Source: Adineta vaga (Eukaryota > Animalia > Rotifera). Taken from it: DNA of 64,000 nucleotides. Below the pieces are notes generated by a model. The model saw nothing but the letters and a program-made list of their open reading frames with translations, did no database searches and was not told the DNA's origin. The stretch covers positions 8,157,488-8,221,487 of the forward strand of contig CP075497.1 in assembly GCA_021613535.1 (NCBI GenBank), written 5' to 3'. Positions 42,701 through 54,591 of the stretch are shown in pieces. A program made the translations under genes and the position numbers. Numbering within the stretch: position 1 is the first letter of the stretch; each line of letters opens with the position of its first letter.

Positions 42701-44933
42701 TCTCGTATCGAGATAAAAAAAGATTATAATTATAAAAAAAGCATTGTTCGATTAAGGACATTGAATAGTTTTCTGAGTACTTCAGGAAACTGAAAGTACA
42801 ACGTCAAGGAACTCTTATATTCGAGTCAATTAGGTCTATTTAAATCAATAATAGGCGGTAAATGCTTTGGTCCTTTCGTTTATTATGCTATTCAAACTTT
42901 GTAATTGTCAAGAGATAAGCAAATTTCTTCTACTAGTCATCAAGGCAAATGAGAATATGAGTTTGTTGGTTATTTCAACTAGGGATTTTCATAATCAGAA
43001 GAAGAACTTTTATATATGACAAATAGATAGCTTCAATCTGAATCTTATGAGATATAGACATGGTATCGATTCCATTGTTTCTCTCAAGCCTTCATGGGAA
43101 TTACCGACCTCTAAAATTATATTTAAATTATAGTAAAGATATCTGCTTCTAACATAACAAAGTTCATGTGAACATGTAGTAAAAAAAACATTTTTTTCTA
43201 ATTCAACATTTCTACATTGAATGACATAGGGTAAAATCATGACCAGATATATGCGTAGTATATACATCATGTTCATTGTTGAAGAGTTACTTGAAAACAG
43301 AGGAAGTAGTATATAATTGAACGCTTTTTTTTCTTCTATAAAACAAATTTTGTTATGAATAAAATATAAATAAGATAACAAGTTATTTTTATCTGATATT
43401 TCACAGAATTGATTCAAATGAAATGATTACAAAGAATGGTTTGTATCTAAGAATAGAAGAGAAAAATTTTTGCCAGATTTATGCTCTGCCTTTTTTCTTA
43501 TATTAGTAATTCATTCAAGAATATTTAACTGAATTTTTATCATAATTTTTCTATCGTTTTTCTTCATCACATTAAGTTTTGATAGATAAAATCTTATTAA
43601 TAGATTAGATGAAGAAAGAGACTTTGGGAAAGATTGTTTTAATGAGGAAAATCTTATATAAACTCATAATTAATAGTTTTTGCTCGAAAACCTCTTTTTA
43701 TTATACTCTGAAACGATTATTCTTCCTCAGTTACTATATTCAAACCTTTAAACATTGTTTTTAATTTTAGAAGCTCATTTCTAAAATATTTTTCTTTCAT
43801 TTAATTTCGTACTTTTGACCATTTCATTCACAAGATCAACTCTTTTCTGTTACAACATCAGTCTATTTTGTTTCTAGTAGTATGAAATAGAGAGCAAATA
43901 TGTTTTAAAAACATATAATTGAGATTAAAAATAGAAGAGGATGTTAAAAAAACTATCAAATACGTCGAAATTTCATCGCCGAGTTATCTTTATAATTACT
44001 TACTAAATCATAAGATACGTATTAGAATAACAATCAATCTAAGAGTATTTTCTTTGATAAGAAAACCATGTACTCCTTTTTTCTCGTGCTGAGTTGTAAT
44101 CTTATTCCAATTAAATCGTGTTCTTATTTTTCCTTTAAGTTCAGTAGAGATTCTACATGAGAATTCTAAGAGGAAAAGAACGTGATGTTTCATTTCTTAC
44201 AGCAAATCTTGCTGATTATCTGCTCTTTTAACTTGATAATATTTTCATGGTAAAACTTTCTTCGTGAAAAACTTCTCTAAACGACATAGATTTTTATAAT
44301 TAACTCATGTGACTAAATATTCTACGTCATCAGTAGAAAAAACGGAATATAAATATGCTGCATTTTTGATAGAAGGATTATTAAAATAAGAAGTTATTAT
44401 TTTATATTAAAAAGAGCGACGTAAGGTTTTTTTTCTTTTACACTAATTTTTATGAGAAAAATATAAGTTGGTAATATTAGATTAGAATATCGATAACATG
44501 AAGATTTGTTTGTTCGAAAAAATAAATCAAGAGTGAAACTATCGTCAGTCTGTTTATATAACCTATGTAACCATATCGTGTTACTAATTATTATCATTAT
44601 TTTCTCTGAAAAATGTTAATTAGTGCTTATTTTTAACTGAAAATATGGTTCAATACTACTAATAATGAAAGCAATTGAATAGATTTCTTTGTCAGTTGTA
44701 CTACTAAGAGGAAATGTAGGCAGAAATGCGAGAGACGATTCGGTGTTCATGATAAAAATTACTGCTTTTTGTTAGAGATAAAGTAAATTTGAATACGCAA
44801 TATGATATTTCCTGATGCACTTATTGATTAGTATAAGTCGGAATGGAAACTTCAAATGAATCTTCTGATTAAGAATGCTAGACAAGAAAAAGGAAAAAAA
44901 CTTTGATTTTATCATTCTAGATTTTCTCGATCC

Positions 44934-46088
44934 ATGGAAAATTCTTCATTAAATATTTCGATCAATTCATCATCAGAATATTCCTCGAATACATTGGAAT
45001 TTTTCTTTAAATACATTTATCTCCTATTACTTGTCATTATTGGTGGAATTGGAAATGTTTTTGTCATTGTTATTTTCGGTCAACGAGCAGTTCGAACGAC
45101 TGTTCAATATGTTGGATCAAGTATGTCTGTTTATCCATTTCTATTCTATATGGCTATATCAGATACAATCTATTTAATTATTATCTTTTGTTTATGGTTA
45201 TCCAATTATATCAATGTTTTATATCGACCAGGTATTTGTCAAGTTACATTATATTTAACATACGTATGTAATTTTATTAATGCTTATTATACAATTGCAT
45301 TTACAACTCAACGTTTATTTGCTGTTATTAATCCATTTCGAGTATCACATTTTCTTTCGTGGTATCGATCACGATGTTTAGCATTATCAATAATCACTTT
45401 TGCTTGCGTATTCTATTCGTATTTATTGATTACAATTCATATGGATAACAAAACATGTTTTTCTCGTCCACATTGGCATTTATTTAATAAATATATGGAT
45501 GTTATTGATAGTATTATTGTTTTTCTTATTCCATATATAATTATAATTACAATGAATGCTATCATTGTTATCTCATTACGTCGTATGAAACAAAATCGAC
45601 ATGAATTTCTCTTTGAAAATCATTCTCGATTGAATAAAATTCGTGAAATGACTCGACGAAATGCATCACGAAAAATGACGAAATTACTTTTAACTGTTTC
45701 AACATCTTATCTAATTATATGTGCACCATATGCATGTATTCATACATGGCGTTTATTATTTGTTAGTGAAGAAAAATATGAAAATTCACCTTTGATTAAA
45801 TATTTCGAACATTATTCACATTTAATCTATCATTTATCTTTTGCAATGAATTTTTATATTTATATTGTTTTTGGATCAAAATTTCGTCGTGAATTAAAAC
45901 GATTTTGTAGCAGATCAAAACAAAGTCTCTATCACTGTTTTCATGAACAACACGTGTTTGACAATGATAATCATATTGAAGTTGAATTATCGGAAAAAAA
46001 TTCAACTGTAACTGTTGAATATACATTACATACCAATTTAAAACAACATTCAATGAGACCTTTTTTTTGTTGTCATTCTCAAGTGTAA
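44934..46088 (+). CDS. Intronless rhodopsin-like (class A) orphan GPCR, 384 aa
   Basis: A single 1155-nt ORF. It has an extracellular N-terminus with N-glycosylation sites (NISINSS) and seven hydrophobic helices. Class A landmarks are present but variant: GNVFVIVIF in TM1, AISDTIYLII (Asp) in TM2, CQVT...TQRLFAV at the TM3 end in place of DRY, and NFYIYIVFGSKFRRELKRF in TM7/helix 8 in place of NPxxY. The basic third intracellular loop reads RRMKQNRHEF...RRNASRKMTK. Confidence 0.75.
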   Translation: MENSSLNISINSSSEYSSNTLEFFFKYIYLLLLVIIGGIGNVFVIVIFGQRAVRTTVQYVGSSMSVYPFLFYMAISDTIYLIIIFCLWLSNYINVLYRPGICQVTLYLTYVCNFINAYYTIAFTTQRLFAVINPFRVSHFLSWYRSRCLALSIITFACVFYSYLLITIHMDNKTCFSRPHWHLFNKYMDVIDSIIVFLIPYIIIITMNAIIVISLRRMKQNRHEFLFENHSRLNKIREMTRRNASRKMTKLLLTVSTSYLIICAPYACIHTWRLLFVSEEKYENSPLIKYFEHYSHLIYHLSFAMNFYIYIVFGSKFRRELKRFCSRSKQSLYHCFHEQHVFDNDNHIEVELSEKNSTVTVEYTLHTNLKQHSMRPFFCCHSQV

Positions 46089-46321
46089 ATTGTATTTTGA
46101 GAGAATATATACAGGAATAAATTATATTCATAAGAAGAGTGGTTATCTTTTTATTTTATGTATCTTCAAACGAAGAACTCTTATCATTCAGTATTTATTT
46201 TACTTCATTTTGGAAGTTATGCAGACAATGTCTTTAGATTTCGCTTTTTTTTCTCGTTGATATTGTATCTTAAATGATATTTGTTTTTTCTTTATGTAAC
46301 TATAGAAAAAAGAAGCTAAAC

Positions 46322-48018
46322 AATGTCGGATGCAACTGCAACAACAAATGGTTCGATTTTCTAGGAATTTATTGAAAGATTTTGAGATTTTCATTTTTTT
46401 CTTAGGAGTTAAAGTGAATAAATTTGACGGCGATGGTGTGCCATTTAAAGCCAAACTTATTGGTATGCTGGAGAATAGATGAAAATGTGCAGAAAAAACT
46501 AAATTTTGTTTTTTTTCTCTCTGTTACATAATAAAGGAATGGAAGATTTATCAATCGATCGTGACGAAAAAGTATGTCTTGATTCAATGATCAAATTGAA
46601 AGCAATGGTTCGTGTTCGTGGAGAACATAAACAAAAACTTCAATTAAATTTAACAATGAATGGTATTAAAGTTTATGATGATACAACTAAAGTAGAAAGA
46701 AATTTTTTATTTCGTTTATTAAATTAAATTCAAATGCTTATTGTAGGTTCAAATTGCTTCTCATGAAGTGGAACGCGTATCATTCGTTGTATTAGATCCA
46801 CGTGATCAACGAGCATTTGGATATGTTTATAATACTAGTGATGATCGTCATCAATTTTGGGCAATTAAAACTGAACGACAAGCAGCTCTTACTGTATTGG
46901 CAATGAAAGAACTTTTTGAAACAGCATTTGAAGAATTTACAAAATCAGAAAAAGCGAAAGCACAAGTAAATCAAACAACAGTATCAACAAACGTAACGGG
47001 CTCAACACAGGTCTCAATTAATAAAATGTTTCAGTGATTTATGAAATATTCTTGTTTTAGGTACAACAATCAGTGTTTCCTACAGTTCCTGCGCTATCGT
47101 CACCAGTAACATCTTCACCGCCAGTAGTAAGTGTGATATTTAATTGTTTTTGTTTTAAATTCGTTAAAATGTGAAGGCACCCGTTGGAGAAATACTTTGG
47201 GGAGACGAACCTGCGATACCATCTTTTCCGCCGGTACCGCCAGTACAAACGTCTCAACAGTTACCGCCGCAACAATCTGTACCTGCAGGTGATTTATGGG
47301 GTATGGATGATCCTGTTATACCTCCAACTCAACCACCAAGTGATGTAAGTTCTTTTCAAATTTCGTACTTTAGATATTTGATAACGATCTATTTTTCTTA
47401 AAGTCTCTTAGCGATCTATTTGATTCACTTGGACCACCACCACCACCGCCAGTAACAACAACAGCAGTACCAAGAATACCAACGATACCAACCATGCCAA
47501 CAGTACCATCGATACCAGTAACTAATCAACAAGCGCCAACTACTGCTCCGACCACTGATATATTTTCAATGTTTGCATCTCCTGCACCAACATCTAATGT
47601 TAATAATAGTATGTTTGTTCAATCACCACCGCGACCATCTACTATTGCTCAGCCGCAACAACAACAACAACAACAACTACAGCAATCAAACTTGCTGTTT
47701 TCTTCACCTACACCTGCCTTTGTTCCTCAACAACAACAACAACCAAACCTGCTCTTTTCTACGCCTGCACCTGTCATTGTTCCTCAACAGCAGACATTAC
47801 AACAACCAAACCTACTTTTTTCGACACCTGCACCTGCCATTGTTCCTCAACAACAACAAAACTTACTCTTTTCTACACCCTTACCTACACCTACCCTCCT
47901 CAACCAACAACAACCATCACAACCAAATTTGTTGATGTCTACACCTGCACCTGCTGTTATTCCGCCAACAGCTACCAAACCAGTTGATGAATTCGATTTA
48001 CTTGGCGCTTTTTCATAA
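46322..48018 (+). CDS. Disabled (Dab1/Dab2-like) PTB-domain endocytic adaptor (gene span, about 6 exons) with C-terminal Q/P-rich repeat region
   Basis: Exons: MSDATATTNG / VKVNKFDGDGVPFKAKLIG / MEDLSIDRDEKVCLDSMIKLKAMVRVRGEHKQKLQLNLTMNGIKVYDDTTK / VQIASHEVERVSFVVLDPRDQRAFGYVYNTSDDRHQFWAIKTERQAALTVLAMKELFETAFEEF. These match the Dab PTB/PID domain block by block (FKGDGVKYKAKLIG, DSMMKLK, HKQRI..N.S..GIKI.D, ISF...D..DNRAFGYVC, HQFFAIKT). The C-terminal exon (ORF 47494..48018) carries five degenerate copies of (Q)nPNLLFSTPAPAIVPQQ and ends DEFDLLGAFS. Confidence 0.75.
47640..47900. repeat. Five degenerate tandem repeats of about 54-60 bp in the Dab coding region, encoding QQQQ(P)NLLFS(T/S)P(A/L)P(A/T)(F/V/I)VPQQ
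   Basis: Directly visible. The motif aacctgctcttttctacgcctgcacctg recurs with point variation at roughly 47690, 47745, 47805, 47860 and 47925. Confidence 0.85.
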
Positions 48019-49174
48019 TTATCAACAAAAACTTTTTTTTTCCTCTTTTACCATCTCTTCCGATCAGTTGATCTATACGACAAAGAATCGAACTTGATTA
48101 TAAAATATTTCCAGTTTACAATCATGAACTTTTTTAATATTCTATATTACAAACAACTTTTCTTTTATTGTGAATATTCACATCTGAAAAATCTATTCGT
48201 TCTATTCTTGTACCTTCTTTTTCTTGTAGCGAATATTACATAATCATAACTTTAATACATATATATCGATATATTTCCAATTACAAATAACATATTATTT
48301 TCTACACATTTCCATCTCTTTGTTCATAAGATTGAATATTGATATACTTGGATAGTTTGACAGATTTGTCATCTGCTCGTTTTCGACCACAAGACATCGG
48401 TTGCACCCCTACGTTTAGTGATAAGACTACTCAACAGTCTCTTAAACTATTGCTATCCATCGTATCTTGGTTATTATCTACATCAAATAAATAAACGCAA
48501 GAATATTATACAATGAATTTGCATTATGCACATTTTTCATTCGTAACAATTCTAAAAAACACGAAACACCCGCAAATACAAGTTTTCGTTCTAATATTAA
48601 CTACCAATAATAAAAGCTGAATAAATACATCAATCATTACATGCGTCCTATCACATACATTTCTTCTTAGTTTCACATACAGAACAACTGTACGCAAGAG
48701 AACAGACCAATAAATCGTAGCTTATTTATACAGAATAACGCTTTCATATAACCTTCCCGTACTCGATGATTCATAAATATGTACAGAAGAAAAAAAATTG
48801 CAAGAAAACGCATGAATATATACATAGACAAAATTACACAGTATAGAACGAAGAAAAAAATATTATTTTTTATACGATCGTAAGTAGTCGATATGACAAT
48901 ATGAATATAAAACGAAAAAAAAAGGAAAACTGAATAAGTCACTGTATTTCTTATAGGGCAATCCACACATATTTGGAAAACAAAATGATCACCGACGAGC
49001 CTAGTTTCTTATTAGTATATGTTTTATAAAATAAAAAATATTTTTACGCATGGTTACCCTGTATTTATCATAACTATAAACGAATATACAAAAAAACATA
49101 AAGAGATGATTTGATATTTATACAGAAAAATAGTTATTGATTTATTTTCAGATGATAAATTTCGTTTTAACAAA

Positions 49175-51436
49175 ATGAAGATTAATCAATTTATTTCTAT
49201 TATCTTAATTTTATTTTCATTACAAAATGAAATCTTAGCTCGAAGATATTTAACATATCGCCAACGAACTACAGATTTCGAGCAGGAAATTCTTGATATT
49301 CTCAATAAACGATTTTCAACGAATTTTAATTCAATTTCGGATGTATTAAATCATAATGAACGTAAGGTTGATCCTGATGATCATGTTAATATCGAACTTT
49401 GGAATAAATTAAATGATAAAGATATAAAAAACATGCCACAAATAGATGATTATTCCGATGAAACGGTTGCTACACGTTGGCTTAAATGGTACTCAAAGAT
49501 ATCAAAACGATTCTATCAAGTAAAGCATCAGATGAATAGTTTCGATTAGTGAGTTATTTTTTCTCTTATTTAGGTCAGTGCTCTTCTTGGATGGAATCAT
49601 CGAACTAATTTAACGGATGCAAATCAAGCAGCAGTATCTGCTCAAGGTTTACGATCGGCGCCATTCCATCGTTTATCATTACCAATTGCAAAGAAATTTA
49701 ATGAATATATGAAAAATTCAACAGATGAAGATTTAAAACGTATTTTTGGTCGTTTAGCTCAAGGATCAACGAGCCATAATGATGCAGATGTCAAAACACG
49801 TTCAAAGTTACATTCAGAATTAGAAACAATTTATTCAACTGCAGAAGTATGTGAAGTCAATGATCCGAAGAAATGTTATACACTTTCACCTGTATTGGAA
49901 CGAATTATGCAAACTGAAAAAGATTATGATCGTTTACTATGGGCATGGAAAGGTTGGCATGATCAATGTGGAAATAAAATTCGTCCAGTTTATTTACCTT
50001 ATATCGATCTATTGAATAAAAATGCTAAAGAAAATGGACTCAATGATGTAGCTGTAAGTAAATGAAGCGAACATATTTTCTTATCATTATTCTTTTCTTT
50101 ATTTGTAGCAAGAATGGATTGCGGATTATGAAATGGGTAATGATACAGAATTCGAACATATGATTGATGAAAATTTAAAAGCTATGATGCCATTCTATGA
50201 ACAATTACATGCTTATGTTCGTGGGCGTTTGTGTAAAGTCTATCCGAAACGTTTTGATTGTGATGGTCCTATTCCTGCCCATTTACTCGGTAAGTTGTCG
50301 TTTGTCATATTGACATGTCCAACGGAAAATTATTCCTAGGTAATATGTGGGCTCAACAATGGCAAGATCGTCTCGATGATTTGATGCCCTATCCTGATTC
50401 ACCATTAGTAAACATTACACATATGTTACATGAAAAACATTTTACAATTGATAAAATGTATAAGACAGCTGAAGAATTTTTTACTTCAATTAATCTTTAT
50501 CCAATGACACCGAAATTTTGGGCACGTAGTTTGTTTAAAAAACCAACTGATCGTGAAGTTGTATGTCATCCATCAGCATCAAATTTTCAATATCATGATG
50601 ATTATCGAGTAAAAATTTGTACGGTTATCAATGATGATTATTTCTATACTGCTCATCATGAAATGGGTCATGTAGAATATTATATGTCCTATGCGAAACT
50701 ACCATTTGCCTATCAAGACGGTGCTAATTCGGGTTTTCACGAAGCAATTGGTGATACAATCGGCATGTTTGCAAGTGAGTTTCTTATTCTATATTAATTC
50801 TTTCATTTATTCAAAATAATTTCATTCTTTGATATTTTAGTTTCAATACCACACTTAATAGAATTAGGTTTTGTTGATAAGGATAAGGTTAATTCACATT
50901 ATGAACTTAATTCTTTAATGCGTATGGCTTTACAAAAAGTAGCTTTCTTACCTTTTGCTTATGTTATGGATAAATATCGTTTTGCATTATTTCGTAATCA
51001 AATCAATCGTGATACTGAATTGAATGCAAAATGGTGGGCATTACGTAAACAATATGGTGGATTGATGCCACCAGTACCTCGTAGTGATCCAGAAAATTTC
51101 GATCCTGGTGCGAAATATCATGTCACATCCAACACACCATACGCAAGGTATTTCATTGCACATATATTACAATTTCAATTTTATCGTGCATTGTGCCAAT
51201 TACACGGTCATGAAGGACAATTACATATGTGTGATATCTATGGAAATAAGAAAGTTGGAGAAAGATTCAAACAAATGTTAGCACTGGGCAGTTCAAAACC
51301 ATGGTCAGAAGTATTAATAAGTTTAACTGGAGAAAATAAATTAGAACCACAAGCGATGTTGGATTACTTTGAACCTTTACATAAATGGTTAAAAATGGAG
51401 AATCTTGCTCGAGGTTATCCTGTTGGTTGGATGTGA
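49175..51436 (+). CDS. Angiotensin-converting enzyme-like zinc metallopeptidase (M2 family), single catalytic domain, secreted, no C-terminal membrane anchor (gene span, about 6 exons)
   Basis: Signal peptide MKINQFISIILILFSLQNEILA. The exons align to the ACE catalytic domain: ...[140 protein letters not shown] (HEXXH plus the downstream Glu zinc ligand); ...PYARYFIAHILQFQFYRALC...MCDIYGNKKVGERF. The protein ends ...LARGYPVGWM immediately before the stop, with no hydrophobic tail. Confidence 0.85.
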
Positions 51437-51718
51437 TAAAACAAAGTTCTTTCTACGTTTCTATTCGACTTTGTACATCTGTGGTATTTTTTACCAGTTA
51501 AAATAATAAATATTCGACAGTCTATGGAAGATTTGTTTTTCTCTTGCATCACTCAATTTCAAAATTATCTATAAACTATTATCCACAGAAAAGATATAGC
51601 AAAAGATAAATATGTTAATTTTTGTTGAAAAACTTTATTTTATTTTTTCAATTATTATTATTGAATAATTTAAAATGAAAATAATGGACGGAATAATTGA
51701 GATCGATGGGAAAAGAAG

Positions 51719-52156
51719 CTAAACTTTTGCTTTGTCTGTCAAGTGTTCTTCCAAATCATGAATCATATAATCAACCGGATCAGCAGGTCGGATCAGAACA
51801 ACTTTTGCTGTCAATGTCTACAGATAAAGAATACAATTAAAGACATGTCGATATCAAAATCGTTTAAAATATACTTTGAATAATTCATACATTCCATGTT
51901 GCATCATATATTTATCGGCGAGAACATCTGGATTCTGATTTTGATAATTTTTATGCAACATATTATCAATTTCTTCATCTGTTGCTTCTTGTTTTTCACC
52001 ATCGACATTTATTGTTATTAAACCAAGCATTTGTAAACGTCGTTGTGCTTCTGAATGTGCATTCTCGAGATCAAATTTGGATTTTTTCGTCACAACAAAA
52101 CTGTCCATATCCAACGATTGTAAATTGAACCATTCACTTTGTTGTTCATTCGCCAT
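51719..52156 (-). CDS. Hypothetical small acidic protein with a C-terminal RIIa/Dpy-30-like helix (2 exons)
   Basis: ORF 51854..52156 (MANEQQSEWFNLQSLDMDSFVVTKK...MMQHGM) ends at a GTATGA donor. An acceptor ctgtag then opens an exon reading TLTAKVVLIRPADPVDYMIHDLEEHLTDKAKV-stop. The P-x-DPV-x-Y/F-hydrophobic pattern resembles docking/dimerisation (RIIa, Dpy-30) helices. The call is speculative. Confidence 0.3.
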
Positions 52157-52256
52157 GATGAAAATCTGAAACGAAACAAAATCTATTCAAATCACTAATA
52201 AAAGAAAATCAATAGATTTATTCTATTAAAAAAAGAAAAATGAGTCTTTTGAATTA

Positions 52257-52906
<650 letters not shown>

Positions 52907-53011
52907 TGATTAATTAAATATATTCTACAACACAAACAAAGCAGTCAGATTACAACGTCAAGACAAACTGAGACATGTTTATTTATTTCACGAAAACAAA
53001 AAACAAAAATA

Positions 53012-53589
53012 TTAGACAGCCGATTGACGATAATTTTTTGTTTGTAAAACTTTCACACCACACATAGTGCAGATACCTAATTTGTAAGCACAACCTGTAC
53101 GAAACAAAGTAGAAAGGAATAAAATCAAATGAATTCTACAGAACAAACCTTGGCAATAGGAACTTCCTGGTTGATGAATTGTTCCTTTACAAACCTTACA
53201 TTTGCTAAATTTTGTTGTATACGGACTGTACCTACAATTAGATTGATTTTATATGATGAAATAAATTTCAGATTGATAACAAACAAACCGTGTTGATTTT
53301 CCACTTAATAATTTATTTTCATTTAATTTTCGACCACCACTTTCTACAAATAACTCATGTAAAAACGAAATAAAGATTTGCAATCATCTATACATACCAA
53401 CTGTATTACGAGAACCACCTGGAAAAAAAATTGTTTTTTGAAGAAAATATTTTCAATAAATAAATCTCGAACATACTTTTCCAAATATCTTGTGTTGCAA
53501 CAGTGCCAACTTTCTTTTGACCTGAAATGCAATATTCTCTTTTCCTAATCTAAGCAAATTTCTAATTACTTACAATTCTCACAAACCAT
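53012..53589 (-). CDS. CRIPT: Cysteine-rich PDZ-binding protein CRIPT (gene span, about 4 exons)
   Basis: Exon 1 is MVCENC with a GTAAGT donor. The next exons read QKKVGTVATQDIWKDGSRNTVG... then ...YSPYTTKFSKCKVCKGTIHQPGSSYCQGC... then ...GICTMCGVKVLQTKNY...-stop. This parallels human CRIPT (MVCEKCEKKLGTVITPDTWKDGARNT...FSTCRICKSSVHQPGSHYCQGCAYKKGICAMCGKKVLDTKNYKQTSV). Confidence 0.8.
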
Positions 53590-53657
53590 AGTAATCTATT
53601 TAAATATATTTTTCTCTTATATCTAGAACAGAAGAAACCTATATTTATATGAACAAA

Positions 53658-54315
53658 TTAATCAGCCATAGGATTCGCATGAATAGTAACACGTTGTATT
53701 CGAATATCTGTTTCTGGTCGATAAGTTTTTTCATTCACTGTTACTTTTTCTAATTCATCAAGTGTTTCAAATCCATCAATAACTTTCGCAAATACAGTAT
53801 ATTTCCCATCGAGATTTGTTTGTTTACTGTAAGTAATAAAAAATTGTGAACCATTTGAATTAGCACCTCGACTTGCCATGGAAACCATTCCTCGTTGACT
53901 ATGCTAAATAGATTCACTTCATTCTTCAAAGAAATCAATAACAACGAAAATCTTACTTTTAAATGAGGATCGATTTCATCCTAAAAAAGAAAATACCGAC
54001 ATATTTCAATGAAAAGATTCGATCTATAAATACATTACTGGAAAATATTCGCCCCATATACATTGTCCACCTTTACCAGTTCCTGACGGATCACCAGTTT
54101 GAATCATATAACCTTTGACATTACGATGAAACAAACAATTATCATAATAATTACTTGCACATAATGCCAAGAAATTCTAAATTGAATTCTTTGTTAATAA
54201 AAAAAGGTTCTTTTTTCTTTTTCATGAAATTATTTACTTCACATGCTTTTGGACATTGTTCACAATAAAGTTCAATTTTAATGTCACCTAAATCAGTATG
54301 TAATGTAACAGACAT
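53658..54315 (-). CDS. PPIL3: Peptidyl-prolyl cis-trans isomerase-like 3 (cyclophilin PPIL3) (gene span, about 4 exons)
   Basis: Exon 1 is [26 protein letters not shown] with a GTAAAT donor. The last exon (ORF 53658..53888) is [76 protein letters not shown]. It is nearly collinear with vertebrate PPIL3 ([28 protein letters not shown]...[76 protein letters not shown]). Confidence 0.88.
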
Positions 54316-54591
54316 CTAGAAAGAAAAAGAATCAAGGATCACGACATAATCTTATAGATTTTTTGATACAATCAACAATATATGTAGTAAATAGATATAA
54401 AAAAAAAGAAAATATTATACAAGAATTGCAAATGCTCTTCTTCACCATCTATGCTAACTCTTGTTCTGTATGAACAACGACAGCATTATGTTCAATTTCA
54501 TCTTTTTTTTGTCGACGATATTCACAATGGAAAAAGCAAATAAAACAAATGACTAGAATAACAGAGAATACAGCCAAAATATATACAGGAA

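Noticed and set aside
43010-43417. 135-aa minus-strand ORF upstream of the GPCR
   Set aside because: It has no signal peptide and no motif, and the composition of the surrounding AT-rich spacer can produce such an ORF by chance. Not reported as a gene.
46340-46350. tRNA-like T-loop motif (ggttcgatt) and other GTTCGA or GTTCAA hits
   Set aside because: There is no flanking acceptor-stem complementarity or D-loop pattern. The hit lies in the first exon/intron junction of the Dab gene. No convincing tRNA was identified anywhere in the window by eye.
47573-47935. Alternative-frame ORF (polyN-rich) overlapping the Dab C-terminal exon
   Set aside because: It is a frame-shifted reading of the Q/P repeats. 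The Dab frame is continuous with the PTB exons and ends in a sensible acidic tail.
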